A stretch of DNA of 64,000 nt, from NCBI GenBank assembly GCA_951406725.2, contig OX597821.1, forward strand, positions 46,624,001 to 46,688,000, given 5' to 3'. The notes beneath the pieces were generated by a model, which saw only the letters and a program-made list of their open reading frames with translations, was not told the DNA's origin and did no database searches. The position numbers and the translations under genes are program-made. Of the stretch, positions 26,210 through 39,649 are shown one piece after another (position 1 is the stretch's first letter; each line of letters starts with the position of its first letter). This DNA is from Octopus vulgaris. Taxonomy: Eukaryota.

Positions 26210-26950
26210 TTCCAGGATCATAGGTATATATCATTATCAGTACATTATCACTACATGGTTACGATGCAATCACTATCAGTGTATCCTCATTATACCATCA
26301 ATGTAAGTATATCAACCATCGTCCTGGTGCACTCTCTCAAATACTTCTCTCTGTCACCTTAATGACGATCAGTATGGTTTTCGCAAAGCCAGATCTATTG
26401 GCAGATCTATTACATCTCTCACTGGTGGGCTCTAGTCCAAGGTGAAAGCAAATTAGGTGCACATGGTATCAACAAAACCTTCAATTAGTCAATCAAACGA
26501 GTAGTCAAGGAATATGTCAGTTAATTAGTCAATTAGTTTGCCAGTTGAATAATAATCTTAAAAAGAAGTGAACTAGAATCAAAACGTGAGGTTGTATTGG
26601 GATAATGACCCAACCAGACTTCAGCAACATCTCACTCAACAAACGATTTCATATCAACAACCTGGCACACTGCAATATACGTTGTATAGATAATGATTTT
26701 AATCTAGAGCTGCTTCTTTTGCATAATTCGAATTTGATTCAGCTTTAGCAGCATCATTTGCAGACCAGTGTATTATTTTTACACTGTCACTGTATATGTC
26801 GCACAAGCCTATTCCACTTTCTTTTGCAAAAGCTGCAACCTCTGGCTTTCCAACGATACGCAAACGTTAAGTATGCCTAGTTAATGGTTTTAATCTAGTG
26901 ACGCTTCTAGAATGTAGGAATATTTCCATTATACGTAACAAATAACAATT
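26210..26950 (+). pseudogene. Jockey/CR1-like LINE RT relic
   Basis: LNDDQYGFRKARSIG..GESKLGAHGINKTFN (cf. QYGFRxxRSTGD / ALDISKAFD). Confidence 0.55.
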
Positions 26951-28247
26951 GGGCTATAAATATTTGGAAATGTGTTTGCTTAGTGATATAAAAGGAAAAC
27001 TAGTTATAGAAGATAAAACGAGCTAATCGTAGAGACATTGATTATAGCTAGTGAAAAATTTAATGCGTGTTGGTTAAATAGTGAGAGTTTGAAAATAGTA
27101 AATGACATCAACGTTAGACTTTGGAAACAATGAGGGTGAGAGAGAGGGGGAGGGAGAGAGGGGGAGACAAACAGAAGTAAAGAGAACAATCTTTGTTCAA
27201 GAAGCTAGTTTCTTTCCTGGAATTTCGGCAAGTACTAAATTTTATAAGATGAATTTTTGACGGATGATTGGACGTTAAAGGCCTGTGAGACAAGGAAACA
27301 AATTTTCGAAACCTGGATTCGAATCAAGCTGCCATTTTAGAAAACTTCGCATAGGAACGTGACCACCATATGTATATATACTTATACGTGAGTGAGTAAC
27401 TGAGCGTGTGTGTGTGTGTGTATACATGGTAACATATGGTTGCATAACGTGTGACTACAAGTCATTAATAGATACGTACCAGCTTCTAGGAATATGTTTA
27501 ATATGTAAATTGGTATATCTAAATAATGTTACACCGCTTTATACAGTGGCTATTGAAGCAATGAGTTCGTGGTTGATTAATGAGTTAGACGGGTGCTGAT
27601 GAAGTAGCAGAATCTCCTGAAATATAGCTTATACGCCCATTACTCATTTCTTCATCTTTGATATCAATGCTTGTTTATTTTATACCCTTGTATTGGATAT
27701 ATTATATAATGAAGCAGGCGGAAGAAAGTATATACACGACGCACTACTATTACTATTACACGAGACTCAACGCTCTATATATCAAAGGCTCACAGTGAAC
27801 TGCTACCAACACGAACTGCCCATCGCTCACACTTCTTTCATTTATAACAATGAGTCAGTCTACCTTCAGTCATTTGGATGTAGTCAGAATCCTCCCACAA
27901 CCGTTTACATCTGATGCTTGTTACATCTGATGAAACGTCGTAGCACAATGAGTGCTAGCTATAATTTCTATAGAAAATTTGTAAAGATGATCTTGGGGTA
28001 ACTGTGTACATACTCTCTATATTTATACGTAGTTATAGCTTTGTATAAACACACGTCTATACGTTATTTTGTGTGTACCTGTGTATATTTATATATTCTA
28101 TTTATGCAGTATTGAAAGAACATTGACGGCAGCCTAGTATGTAAAGAACGATAGAACGTATTTTTGTGTATAGACACGAAAACAAAAGTTTGAATATTTA
28201 TATGTAGATGTATTCCCTCTCTGTCTCTATCTGTCTGTCTGTCTGCC

Positions 28248-28318
<71 letters not shown>

Positions 28319-28325
28319 ATCTTTA

Positions 28326-28379
<54 letters not shown>

Positions 28380-28420
28380 CCTATCTATCTACCTCTCATG
28401 CTCTTTGTATTGCAAGTTAC

Positions 28421-28700
28421 TTGGTGACCCTGCCAATGTTGGTGTCACTTAAAAAGCATCCAGTCTACACTGTAAAGTGGTTGGCGTTTGGAAAAGCCCT
28501 GTCAAAACTGACTTCGCCTGTGCTTTTGCCACGTAAAAAGCACTCAGTCCACTCTGCTGGGTGATTGGTATTAAGAAGGGTATCCAGCCGTAAAAACCTC
28601 ACCAAAACAGACACAGATGTCTGATGCAGGCTCCTGCCTGGCCAGCTACTGTCAAACCGTCCAACCCATGCCAGCATGGAAGGTGGACGTTAAACGATGA
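28421..28700 (+). mobile_element. SINE-like repeat 3' portion with internal duplication and (GAT)n tail
   Basis: Duplicated cac(t/g)taaaaagca..cagtc..gg motif, aagaagggtatccagccgtaaaa, and end ccatgccagcatggaaggtggacgttaaacgatgacg. Confidence 0.6.
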
Positions 28701-28723
28701 CGACGCCGATATGATGATGATGA

Positions 28724-28855
28724 TGATGCAATACAAGGCAGTGGTTCTCATGGGTACTGCTTGGGCTTGGGCTACAGCAAATATTTTGCTTATTGCCTCA
28801 GATTTGCTTGCCAGTTGCTCGGCCATCACCAAGTGTGCATGACCCTTTGTGACTG
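28724..28855. repeat. Repeat family D, left part (right part at 31597-31694)
   Basis: Aligns to 52751-52930 (tgatgca.tac.aggcag..., tgggct.cagcaaatat.., atttgcttg.cagttg). 31597-31694 aligns to 52980-53078. Confidence 0.7.
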
Positions 28856-28861
28856 GCACTT

Positions 28862-30168
28862 CCAGTAGTCCAACATAGTTGTAAGATCATTAATCTTACG
28901 GAGCCCCAACGCCTGGACAGGAAGACAAGAAAACAACTGACAACTAAGAACATGCACCATCCAAAAGCGGATGTTGATTGTCTGTAACTAGCTAGAAGTA
29001 ATGAGGGAAGAGGAATGATGCAGGGAGAGCTGTGCTATAAGATCTCCACAATAGTAATGAACAAGCACTTATCTAGTTACAGAGGATTGGATACTGCGGC
29101 TTGGGTGAAAATATGAAAGCAGCAAAAATTCACATTTCATTGTCAGGGAAGCTTGCAAATTCGCAAGGGAACTTGGCATTAACCCTGAATTAGATGAAGA
29201 ACCTGAAACTATTCCCATAAAACAAGCAAAACGGATCAAACAATCTGTAATAAAGAATGGGCAGAAACAAATTGAGGAGCGGTGGAGCCAGAAGCCTCTG
29301 CATGAATGATATATCCTTTGAAGCCGAAATGCTGATGGAGATCGAGCAACAACCCATCCGTGACCGAGATGCTGAGGACTGAGAGAAAAAGACATCAAAG
29401 CTTGCTGACCAAAAACTTCCAGGCTAACGTTGCTGAAAACTATTCTCGCCCTAAATGCAGATTCTGCAGTAAATTTGACGAAACAATAGAGCATCTTGTC
29501 TCGGGATGTTCTGTGCTGACATCAAGGGAATACAAAAATCGCCACGATAGGGTAGGACGATATTTACATTGGAAAATATGTAAACATAACAATATCAACA
29601 CTCCTGCTTACTGGTATGGACATCCCCCCGAGCCAGTCGTCGTTAAAGGTAAAGATGTCACTTTCCTCTGGGATTTTCCAGTCAACACTGACAAAACGAT
29701 CCAGGCTATTCGACCAGGCATAGTCATTAAAGAGGCGGAAGAAAATACTTGTAGACTAATAGATCTAAGTGTCCCTGCTGATAAAAATATATCTGTAAAG
29801 AAATTTGACAAATTAAGTAAATATAAGGACCTGGGAATCAGAATACACAAGATATGGCATTTTAAAGCGAGAACTGTTCCTGTTGTTGTGAGTGCCTTAG
29901 GTATGGCAAGAAAGGGTGTCAGAAACATTTAGATTATAACCCAGAAGAATCATGTCTCAGAGAAACCCAAAAGATTGCGTTGGCACTTAGAAAACCCTGT
30001 CAATTTAAATGTCTGTGTTGTACTACATGAAGATATTTCGCTACTGTCCCTGCTACTTTCCCTCCCCAAGCTTTCAGTCATACTGTAACATCTCTTATCC
30101 TTCACTCACCCTACAACGCTGTGTGTGTTTAGGCAAGTGATTGTAACAAGCATGCAGATTAAAAGTAA
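28862..30168 (+). mobile_element. R4/Dong-clade LINE, 5'-truncated 3' part ending in (AAT)n
   Basis: LDRKTRK..HHPKADVD, CCHC finger KCRFCSKFDETIEHLVSGC, RHD motif (YKNRHDRVG), REL domain RPGIV..LIDLSVP..KLSKYKDL, then 3' UTR and (AAT)n at 30168-30187. Confidence 0.9.
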
Positions 30169-30189
30169 ATAATAATAATAATAATAAGA

Positions 30190-31596
30190 CGCAGATTGAC
30201 GGGACTGAATGTAGGATGGCTAGATTACAAGAAAGCATATGACATGGTACTCCACAGTTGGATAAGTAAAACAATGAGCATGTTTGGAATAGCAAAAAAC
30301 ATGGAGAAAATGCTTAAAGAAAGTGTGGAACATTGGAATGCTGAATTGATCGGAGGAAAGCGAAAACTTGGAAAAGTGCACATCAGATGTGGAATATTCT
30401 ATGATGATACGTATCTCCATTACTATTCGTATTGGTCATGACATCGCACACTATGATACTATGAAAAGTTAAAATTGCTTACGATTTTGGAAAAGGAAAT
30501 GGTCAGATAAATCATCTCCCTTTCATGGGTGATATAAAGATTTATGCGGATTATGGGAAACAGCTTGAAAGTCTTGTACATACTATCCGCATGTTCTCAA
30601 ATGACATAGGTATGGAATTTGTGATAGAAAAGTGCGCTATATTGAAAATGAAACGAGGAAGATTTAAAAGAAACCAGGGAATTGAAATGCCAAATGAACA
30701 AACAATGAGAGCGGTTGAGGAAGGACAGTGGTATAAGTACATGGGAATACTGGAAGCAGATGAGATAAAAAGATGAATAAATGGAACAAATTACCAGTAG
30801 GGAGTACACAAGAAGAATTATTGCAGTCAAAGGGAGTACACAATGAGAATTATTGCAGTCAAGGCTGAATTCCAAAAATCTTATTGAAGCAATAAATTCA
30901 AGAGCAGTACCCTTAATCAGATATGGAATTGGAATTATAGACTGGACAAGAAACGATATATAGTAATTTGACAAAAAAAAAACAAAAAAAACTGGGCAGT
31001 TGTTGACAATGTATGGAGCCCACCATCCGAAAGCTGATATCAACCCAACCGGCTGTACTCGAGGAATAGCAGTAGAAGAATGTGTGCAGGTGGAAAGAAA
31101 ATGCCTAGAAAAGTATTTGCTACTAAAGACAATTAATAAAGTACAAGTGATGAAGCGCGTAATAAGAGAAAAAGACAAGAATGAAATAAAAACAGAGTAC
31201 GTCAGACAGATTGAAGAGAAACTTCTGTATGGCTAATTTTCGTGAGCCACTAAAGACATAAGTGGAACAAAATCCTGGGTTTGGTTTTAAAAAAAATGGC
31301 AATTAAAAAAGAAACAGAGAGCCTAATTTTAGCAGCCCAAAGTCAATCGATAAAAGCAAACAATGTAGAGCCTGTGGAACTGGAACGAGACAGTGGTACA
31401 CACTGTGGCAAAATGCCCCAAGTTGGCACAGGGAGAATTTAAGAGATGGAAGCATGACCAGGTTGCAAAAGATACATACTGGAAACTGTCAGAAATGAGG
31501 ATTCGATGCTTGAAATACATGGTACAATCATCGAGTCGATAGAGTACTTGAGTCTGAGAAATGCAAGATTTTGTGGGAATTTCCTATTCAAACGGA
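30190..31596 (+). mobile_element. R4/Dong-clade LINE, RT to zinc-finger fragment, degraded
   Basis: WLDYKKAYDMVLHSWI, GIFY, HLPFMGDIKIYA, GMEFVIEKCA, YKYMGIL, HHPKAD, WKHDQVAK, KILWEFPIQTD. Confidence 0.88.
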
Positions 31597-31729
31597 CATG
31601 TGTTGAAAAGAATTCTTTGGGGTCTGAATAATTCACCCTTGGAAACATATGTGTTTTGTTCAGCATCCTTAAACAATCCTTATTCAGGAACCTTGCTATT
31701 CAGGTCCCTGTAAGCTTGGTACGCCGGGT

Positions 31730-32340
31730 GTGATGCGTTCAGCTTCCAGTAGCCAGATCCTTGCCTATGGCGTCGATCTAAGTCGGCCGTCCAGATCACA
31801 AATTAGTGGACAACTTATGCTATCCTCATCTTCTGGTGCACGGACTACTCTATCTAGTAACGACTTAGATGACTTGACCCAATGCTGTTCGTCCATGACC
31901 ACTGTGGCGCATTCGGAATATCTAGTCGATACCTGGCATTTGAATACATCTGAATAGGTTGTTGAGACTTTTTTATATCCCATCCTCTTATCACAGCTAG
32001 CTCTACACGCTCTAAACGAGCTTGCAAGAAAGCGTTCCAGTCACCAATTTATCACTAAAGATCGGGACTTTCTCAGGAAAACTGCCAGATGTCTAAAGAA
32101 ACCCCCCGGCTGACCTGTCCCTGTCGGAGCATAAACATCCTCCAGTATGAATGCAGTCCCATCACTACTATTCAGATTCAGGACCACTAACTTACCATTC
32201 GGATCCCTTATTTCGAACTTCAGACATTTCCAGAGCAATAATGCAATTCCTTTCCCATTCCCAGTTGGAATGGAGGTAAGTAAATCTCATATCCACCGAA
32301 AATAGGCTACTTGTGGGTGTTTCCACAAGCATATCTTTGA
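31730..32340 (-). pseudogene. L1/Tx1-clade LINE apurinic endonuclease fragment
   Basis: DPNGKLVVLN..DVYAPT..FFRHLAVFL, SLLDRVV and SGYWKLNAS, typical of Tx1 APE domains. Confidence 0.75.
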
Positions 32341-33669
32341 AGAGTCATTTGTTTATGGCCCCGCGAAAAGCTTCCACTTCTTTCGAAGATTTTGCTTTCA
32401 GTTTGTTGCGTTGTTTTTATAATTTTCATGTGAATAGTAGTGTTGTGCAGAAGTGCGATGTATTCATTCAGAGTAAAATCTGAGTATTTTTGAATATGTT
32501 TTATTGAGTTCTTGTTGTGTCTATGGACGTCTAATTGATGATCCCTTGGGAGTGCTGTTCATGTTGTTGGTCTGGATTGTTATGTGTTTCCGTTTGTTGA
32601 AATGTTTGTAATGTTACCCTGTGTTTGTAGCGTTGGAGATGCTTGTAACCGTGTTGGTTTAGAGTGTGTGAGTGTGCGATGGTTTCTGTGTCTCCTCTTC
32701 TTCTAATTTTTTCGTTTTTGGTCTCGTACCGCGCTTTTCATTTTGCATTGATCCTTAACTCAATAATGTATTGAGAAATAAAAGCAACACGAATAACTTA
32801 AAACTAAGTACAGAATTATTGACATAGATGTTAAATAATTCCCTCAAACCCAAGACTAGTTTTATATACCTTTAACTCCCAAATTTGTGGCCACACAACT
32901 TCGTGGAGAAGTGTCATTTTAAATCGACTCCAGTACTCAGCTAATATCGATCTAGTAAGAATAAAAGATAGAGGTGACCGTAATGGGATTTTGACTGAAA
33001 TGGTAAAAGAATTTAACTATATGTTGCAGTGTATATTGTTCAGAGCTGTACTGATTGTACAACTCAACTGTCCATAAAATGTGTTAAATATTGATTTCCT
33101 CCTCGATAGTAAATTGCAAGTTATAGACATGAATGCAGTTAATTATAATAATTCCATTTTTCAAATCAATCCTGAAGAATGAAAAGGAAAACTGACCGCA
33201 AATCAATTTTACTAGTGCTCTTGTTCCATCGCAACTTCCCTTCATAAATCTAACCACTACGAAGCACCTTTTGTAGTGGTTACGTTTATAATACCTATCG
33301 CTATTATGATACCTATCGTTAGTATTTAACTGGTACCTTATTTATGACGCATAGAAGGATGAAAGGCAGATTTGAACTTAACGGAATTCGAACACAGAAT
33401 GTAAATGAAAGTGAGTAAATACTAAACATGCAAATTGTGCAGCATTTTACAGATTGTAACTCTATATCTTGCTTCATACAAGACTTTGCCTTTTGCCATT
33501 AATTTCACTACAAAATTGGTTAAAAATTATGAACACATATATAGTCTATAAACAAAGCGTAGATAAAACTTTGTCAACGATATAAAGGCGTCTATAACAA
33601 AGTACACTACATCTTGACGCAATAATTAATCAAAAGATTATCTTCACGATCACTAATAAAATTACTGGC

Positions 33670-34382
33670 TTCCAATTTTGGCACAATGCCAGCAATTTCA
33701 GGTGAGAGGGTAAGTCGATTTTATCGACCCCAGTGCTCCACTGGAACTTATTTTATGAACCCCGAAATGATGAAAGTCAGAATCGACCTCCGCGGAATTT
33801 GAACTCAGAACGTAAAGACGGATGAAATACCTATTTCTTTACTACCCACAAGGGGCTAAACACAGAGAGGACAAACAAGGACGGATTAAGTCGATTACAT
33901 CGACCCCAGTGCGTAAGTGGTACTTATATAATCGACCCCGAAAGGATGAAAGGCAAAGTCGACCTCGGCAGAATTTGAACTCAGAACATAGCGGCAGACG
34001 AAATACCTATTTCTTTACTATCCACAAGGGGCTAAGCACAGATAGGACAAAGGGATTAAGTCGATTACATCGACCCCAGTGCGTAACTGGTACTTAATTT
34101 ATCGACCCCGAAAGGATGAAAGGCAAAGTCGACCTCGGCAGAATTTGTACTCAGAACGTAACGGCAGACGAAATACTGCTAAGCATTTCGCCCGGCATGC
34201 TCACGATCCTGCCAGCCAGCCGTCTTACTAATAATAATATTGGTTTCAAATATTGGTACAATGCTAGAAATTTCTGAAGACGAGCTAAGGTTGATTACAT
34301 CGACCCCAGTGCTCAACTGGCACTAATTTTATTGACCCCAAAATTATGAAAGGCAAATTCGACCGCGGAGGTATTTGATCTC
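33670..34382 (-). mobile_element. Tandem/nested array of four SINE family B units
   Basis: Units at about 33670-33831, 33832-34007, 34008-34226 (with tRNA A-box head) and 34241-34382, each with the gaccccgaaaggatgaaaggcaaagtcgacctcggc core. Confidence 0.9.
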
Positions 34383-34419
34383 ATATGGATTTAATAAAGA
34401 TCGCCAATCCTTTGAACTC

Positions 34420-34870
34420 ATTTATTTCATCCAACATTAGATGCATGAAAAGTAAACAATGCCTGAGTGACAATGGAATCTAGAATCTGTTGCATTTGTT
34501 TCATCACTACAGAATAGAGATGAAGAATCTTCGGGCCTTTTGAAAAGTTAAGGGGGGAGTTCTGAAAGAAAGTAGTTACAAGTGTATTTAAAAGAAAAAT
34601 CCCGAGGAAATTTTTAGAAACGTAATTTAAAAATGTAAGAGCAAGACCCGAAATCCAGGGGTTGATATTTTCGGAAAGAAGCACTGAGTTTAGATACTTA
34701 TGAAGGATCTGGGATGACAGGATACACTGCAGATGTGACGCGTGGGTCGGGAGTGCCTGAATAGAGAAGGTAGAACACCAACTAGTTGCAAGGAATAGAA
34801 GCTCTTATAGTAGTGATAGAAAAGGCTGAGGTCAAGGGAGAACGCATCCGTGGACTAGAGGCTTTGAGGA
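34420..34870 (-). pseudogene. Possible Jockey/CR1-like RT relic
   Basis: Weak matches: VHGCVLP (cf. VPQGSVL) and ILDSIVTQA (cf. LLDxIQxRA). Confidence 0.3.
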
Positions 34871-35140
34871 ACTTTTTGACAACCAGAAACATGGCCCCTT
34901 TTGTGGATACGATTTAAGATTATTGAGTGTGCAGCAACAGTACCCACCTGCGTAATTCATCCTTATCTATTCACTCCCACCTCTCTCTATATACATATAT
35001 GTGTGTGTGTATGTGTTTGTGTGTGTGTGTGTGTGTTTATATATAGAAGAGCGTAGGCTCGAAACCTAAAAGTGTGTCGAACTAATTCACTTGCATGTTA
35101 TTCCTACACCTGGTTTTGTCTTTGTTTTGCTATGAATTTG

Positions 35141-35285
<145 letters not shown>

Positions 35286-35295
35286 TACATATATA

Positions 35296-36418
35296 CAGGG
35301 GTTGGACAAAATAATGGAAGCACCTAGCATCATAGCATCATAGTTTTGAAATATCTATAAAACCGTCAAAAGCTTGTTTATTTTTATGCTTTGCTAAAAT
35401 TGCTGTTTCTTTTCAGATATCAAAAAAAGGTTATTAAAATTCATTAAAATGACAGAGCTATCGGACTTTCAAAGAGGTCAAATTGTTGGTGCTCGTATGG
35501 CAGGCGCTAGCATCGCGTAAACAGCCGAATTGTTTGGAGTATCAAAAAGTACTGTGTCGAAAGTAATGACACCCTTTGAGAAAGAGGGAAAAACCTCGTC
35601 GAAACAAAACTCCAGAAGAAAACCAAAGCTTCCAGATAGGGACCGTCCAACTCTTATGTGAATTGTTAGAAAGGATCACAAAAGTACAGCTCCCCAAATT
35701 ATTGCAGAGTTTAATGACCATCTCGAGAACCCAGTTTCAACAAAAACCGTTTGCTGGGAGCTGCACAAAGCCGGATTCCACGAGAGAGCTGCCATCAGAA
35801 AATCACCCCTTTCAAAAACAAACGTTGCAAAGCCTTTAGAGTGGAGTAAAAACCTTCAGAATTGCTCCCTAGAGTACTGCAAGAATGTTATTTTCTCGAA
35901 CGAATCATCTTTTACCTTATTTCGGCGGTCGGTTGAGTATACTCAGTTGCCTTATTCCAACATGGAGGAGGACCGGTAATGATCTTGGAAATCCGCCAGC
36001 CCATGGTAGAATTAATAGTCAAGACTATTTAAGCATTTTATCTGATCAAATTCATCCTATGGTTGCGGAAGAGGGAAACGCAATTTTTCAGGATGATAAT
36101 GCACCAATTCGCACAGCTAAAGTTGTTACTGAATGGCACGAGGAACAGTCCAGTGAAGTTGAACATCTTACCTAGTCACCACTGTCCCCAGATCTCAGTA
36201 TTATTGAACATTTATGATGCATTTTCGAAAAAGAAGTAATCACTGCAAGAACAGGAGACTGTTTTAGCTGAAGAAAGGACAAAAATTACTTTCGAAACAA
36301 TTCAAACTTTGTACGAGTCCATATCTCGTAAAATTCAAACTGTAATTACAGCCAAAGGCAGTCTAACCCCACATTCAAATACATTTTAAGTTGTTTCCAT
36401 TATTTTGTCCAACCCATG
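35296..36418 (+). mobile_element. Tc1-family (DD34E) transposon, defective
   Basis: 30-bp TIRs caggggttggacaaaataatggaagcacct and 36389-36418, 27/30 identical, with TA on the left. ORF from 35449 MTELSDFQRGQIVGAR, FQDDNAPIRTA, SPDLSIIEHL, with stops and a deletion. Sits inside TA-rich microsatellite. Confidence 0.93.
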
Positions 36419-36419
36419 C

Positions 36420-36483
<64 letters not shown>

Positions 36484-36508
36484 GGGAGCAGGAATGGATG
36501 TGTACATA

Positions 36509-36644
36509 GGCGCAGGCATGACTGTGTTGTAAGAAGCTCCGGGTTCAGTCCTACTACGTGGCACCTTGGTCAAATGTCTTCTATTATAGCTTTGGCATGA
36601 CCAAAGCCTTCTGAGTTGATTTCGTAGATGGAAAATAAAGACCG

Positions 36645-36724
<80 letters not shown>

Positions 36725-36909
36725 TGTGTCTTAGTGTCAGTGTTTGCACCAACTCATCACCTCTTGACAACCAGTAAATATATTTACCTGCTCGGTAAAA
36801 GATACCGATAGAATAAACACTAGGCTTAAAAAAAAAACCTGGGTCGATCGCTTCGACTAAAGCCATTGCAGGCGAATCAAATGGCTGAGACAGGTAAAAG
36901 TATAAAAGT
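36509..36909 (+). mobile_element. SINE family A, degenerate, internal (TA)n(GA)n
   Basis: Head ggcgcaggcatgactgtgttgtaagaagct..ccgggttcagtcc; tail gggtcgatcgcttcgactaa..caaatggctgagacaggtaaaag. Confidence 0.8.
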
Positions 36910-36953
36910 ATATATACATACATACATACATAAACACACACACACACACACAT

Positions 36954-37027
<74 letters not shown>

Positions 37028-37344
37028 TCAAAATTCCCCCTGTGTAATCAAAAACGCCGACTGTTTTGTTAATGATAAGAAATTGCACATGAACACAATA
37101 GGAAAAAGTATTAATGAATGTCAGCAATTTAGTCAATATATGTACATAAACAGAATTCAAGCATCTGAAGAATCAGATACGATTGTAACTTCTTAATCGA
37201 AAATCTCACTCACATATTGCATGTGTGTATACATACACAAACACGCTCACCCATACACGTACACGTATGTACATATATATATAGATTTAATACATATATA
37301 TATAGACGTGTATATAAATATATATGTGTGTATATATGTATAAG

Positions 37345-37850
37345 GGCGTCCTGTGGGACATCATACAACACTGCCGCTGCTACCCACATTACATCGTAAC
37401 CTTTTAGGATGTTCTCCACGTTCAATTCACTTTAGCTGTCCTTCTTCCCAAGTAAGTGGGTAGCAGCATAATTTCATCATTTTTAGAATTGTGTAGATAT
37501 CTCCTTCGATACGTCAGCCGAGTCAAATTGAGCTTCGATTGTTGCACTCCTGGCAAATTTGATCCCAAATGGGCAACAAACATTTCTCAACTATTTCGTT
37601 ATTCACGTTCAAAATTTTCTTTTCTTTCAGGTTTATACACTTTGTACACCACTGTTTTAGTATTTAATTCCTGAATCTTTTCTTGTGGTGGCACCAGTTT
37701 ACTTTCATTGCCACTTTTCTTAATTAACTCCCGGAACTGAAGCAGCTCATTCTGTTGCACCTCTAACTCTGTGGCGGTACTCAAAACGATTGTTTTCCTT
37801 TACGCCTTGACTTTCCTCGTTATTACCTTTTCCCATCACGGGAAAATCTT
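37345..37850 (-). pseudogene. Degraded coding relic, probably LINE (Tx1-like) ORF1 N-terminus
   Basis: Frameshifted minus-strand ORF pieces (QELNTKTVVYKVYK; MLLPTYLGRRTAKV; VMWVAAAVL). Family assignment is from recollection only. Confidence 0.35.
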
Positions 37851-38439
37851 TTTTTAACGCTAATCAAATTCCATAACAGCTTGTCGAAAACGACAAGAAA
37901 CATTTCCAAAAATTTTTCAAAAATAACCACGAAGGTATCAAAAAGTCCACAGACAGAAAATTTCAGTCCCGTAGGGCGAAAATTACTGTAAAAAAGACAA
38001 CAGTTCAAATCCAAGTAGAATACACAAAATAACGTTAAACGAAAACAAAAACGAATTCACTCAACAATAACGGGTAGCAGAAAAATTCTCGATACGCATA
38101 TGAATAAAGGCTCGACTAGGCGATTGTTCGGCTCTTTCCGGACTCCATTTTCCATTAGTATTTATGTTTGCGTCATTCAAATAATTGAATGATTTAGCGA
38201 TTCGCTAATGTGTATATATAAAATTAATATAAACAGCAGTTTGCAATGTTTCACCAAAGAGGAGAATTACGAAGCTCACTAAAGGAGACTAGGATATTAG
38301 GAAACACCTACATTGCTAGAAATAAGAGCTAAACCACTCTAATGCTGTAGTTAACACACATGAATGAAATCATATACACTAACAGGGACCCAAATCATCC
38401 GAAAAGTGCCGATCAAGAATTCTTAATACTGATGCATCA

Positions 38440-38650
38440 GTTTTAGCAGTTTCCGTTACCTGTTCATCTAATAGTTTATATCAAGAAGATTTTGAAAAAA
38501 TATCTTAAACGCATTCGGTGGAAATCAGTCGTCTTCGAAATGAGATCGCATGATGGATTATCCAATACGAAATTTGAAATCAAAGCAAAGAATGCCCGCC
38601 ACCAATTAAAGCACTAGATGCCTTTGGATAGGATAAAGAGTGTAAAGGTC
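38440..38650 (+). pseudogene. Penelope-like element N-terminal relic
   Basis: KKYLKRIRWK and KECPPPIKALDAF resemble PLE IKRMRWKA and PPxIxELxxFE. A possible continuation (NDHKTN) lies near 39220. Confidence 0.45.
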
Positions 38651-38763
38651 ATAAATTATGCTCTTTTTAGGCAACTCTTTCCTAGTAGTTAGGAAGCAAG
38701 TTTCTTACCACACAGTCACCCGGGCGCCTATACACACATGCATACATACATATATACGTACAT

Positions 38764-38872
<109 letters not shown>

Positions 38873-39395
38873 CAGGTATAATTAGATACGAAAAATAATT
38901 TCTTACATAATTTATAAATACTGCATTGAATAATAACGTTACGTAAAGTAATCAATATACTTTTCATGTAAACAGTTATTAAAAGTACATCAAGATATGG
39001 CGACATCAACAAAAATAGAGAATTGGAACAAAACCGAAATAATTACTACAACAAAAAACAAAGAAAGAATATAAAATAATATAGATCGAATATTGAAAGA
39101 GACGATAAATTAAAGTGAGCTATGATTGGACTTTGTTAAAAAATATGAGAAGCAATTTTAGTAGGATGGGAAATAACAATTTGTCTTTGAATGTGATGAC
39201 ACAGAAATAAAATAAAACTAACGACCATAAAACTAATCAAATTAGAAACAAAAAAACTTCAGTAAATTTAACTGAAATAAAAATCAATAAAATCACAGCT
39301 ATAATTATAAATCAAAAACTATCCTTTGAACATCCATCAAAATTTCAGAATGAAATCAAAGAAAAAAAAATTTCCTGTCATTAATTTTATTTTTA

Positions 39396-39462
39396 CGTTT
39401 ACAAAAGCAAACTTGTCTATGTTATTCGTTTACAAAAGCAAACTTGTCTATGTTATTCGTTT
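39396..39462. repeat. Perfect 31-bp tandem duplication
   Basis: cgtttacaaaagcaaacttgtctatgttatt x2 plus cgttt. Confidence 0.95.
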
Positions 39463-39649
39463 CATTCCTTTTTACAACACAGAATATTTTTTTCTCTTTC
39501 TCAGTGAGTCTGGTTGTTTCAGTAAACACGCCGTCATGTATAAATAGTCTGTTATATTCTATACTAGTTTAAACGATGAAATGAACTTCGCTCATTTCAC
39601 CGTGGTTATGCTTGGACATGCTTCAAAACATGTTTACGAAACTCTCAAT

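Noticed and set aside
27693-27940. Possible GIY-YIG relic (ETQRSIYQRL...LPIAH)
   Set aside because: Too few matching residues to support.
33251-33282. 10-bp perfect hairpin taaccactac/gtagtggtta
   Set aside because: Too short to distinguish from chance or to assign a function.
33670-34382. CRISPR-like repeated array
   Set aside because: Units are ~160-220-bp SINE copies without unique spacers; no cas genes; eukaryotic context.
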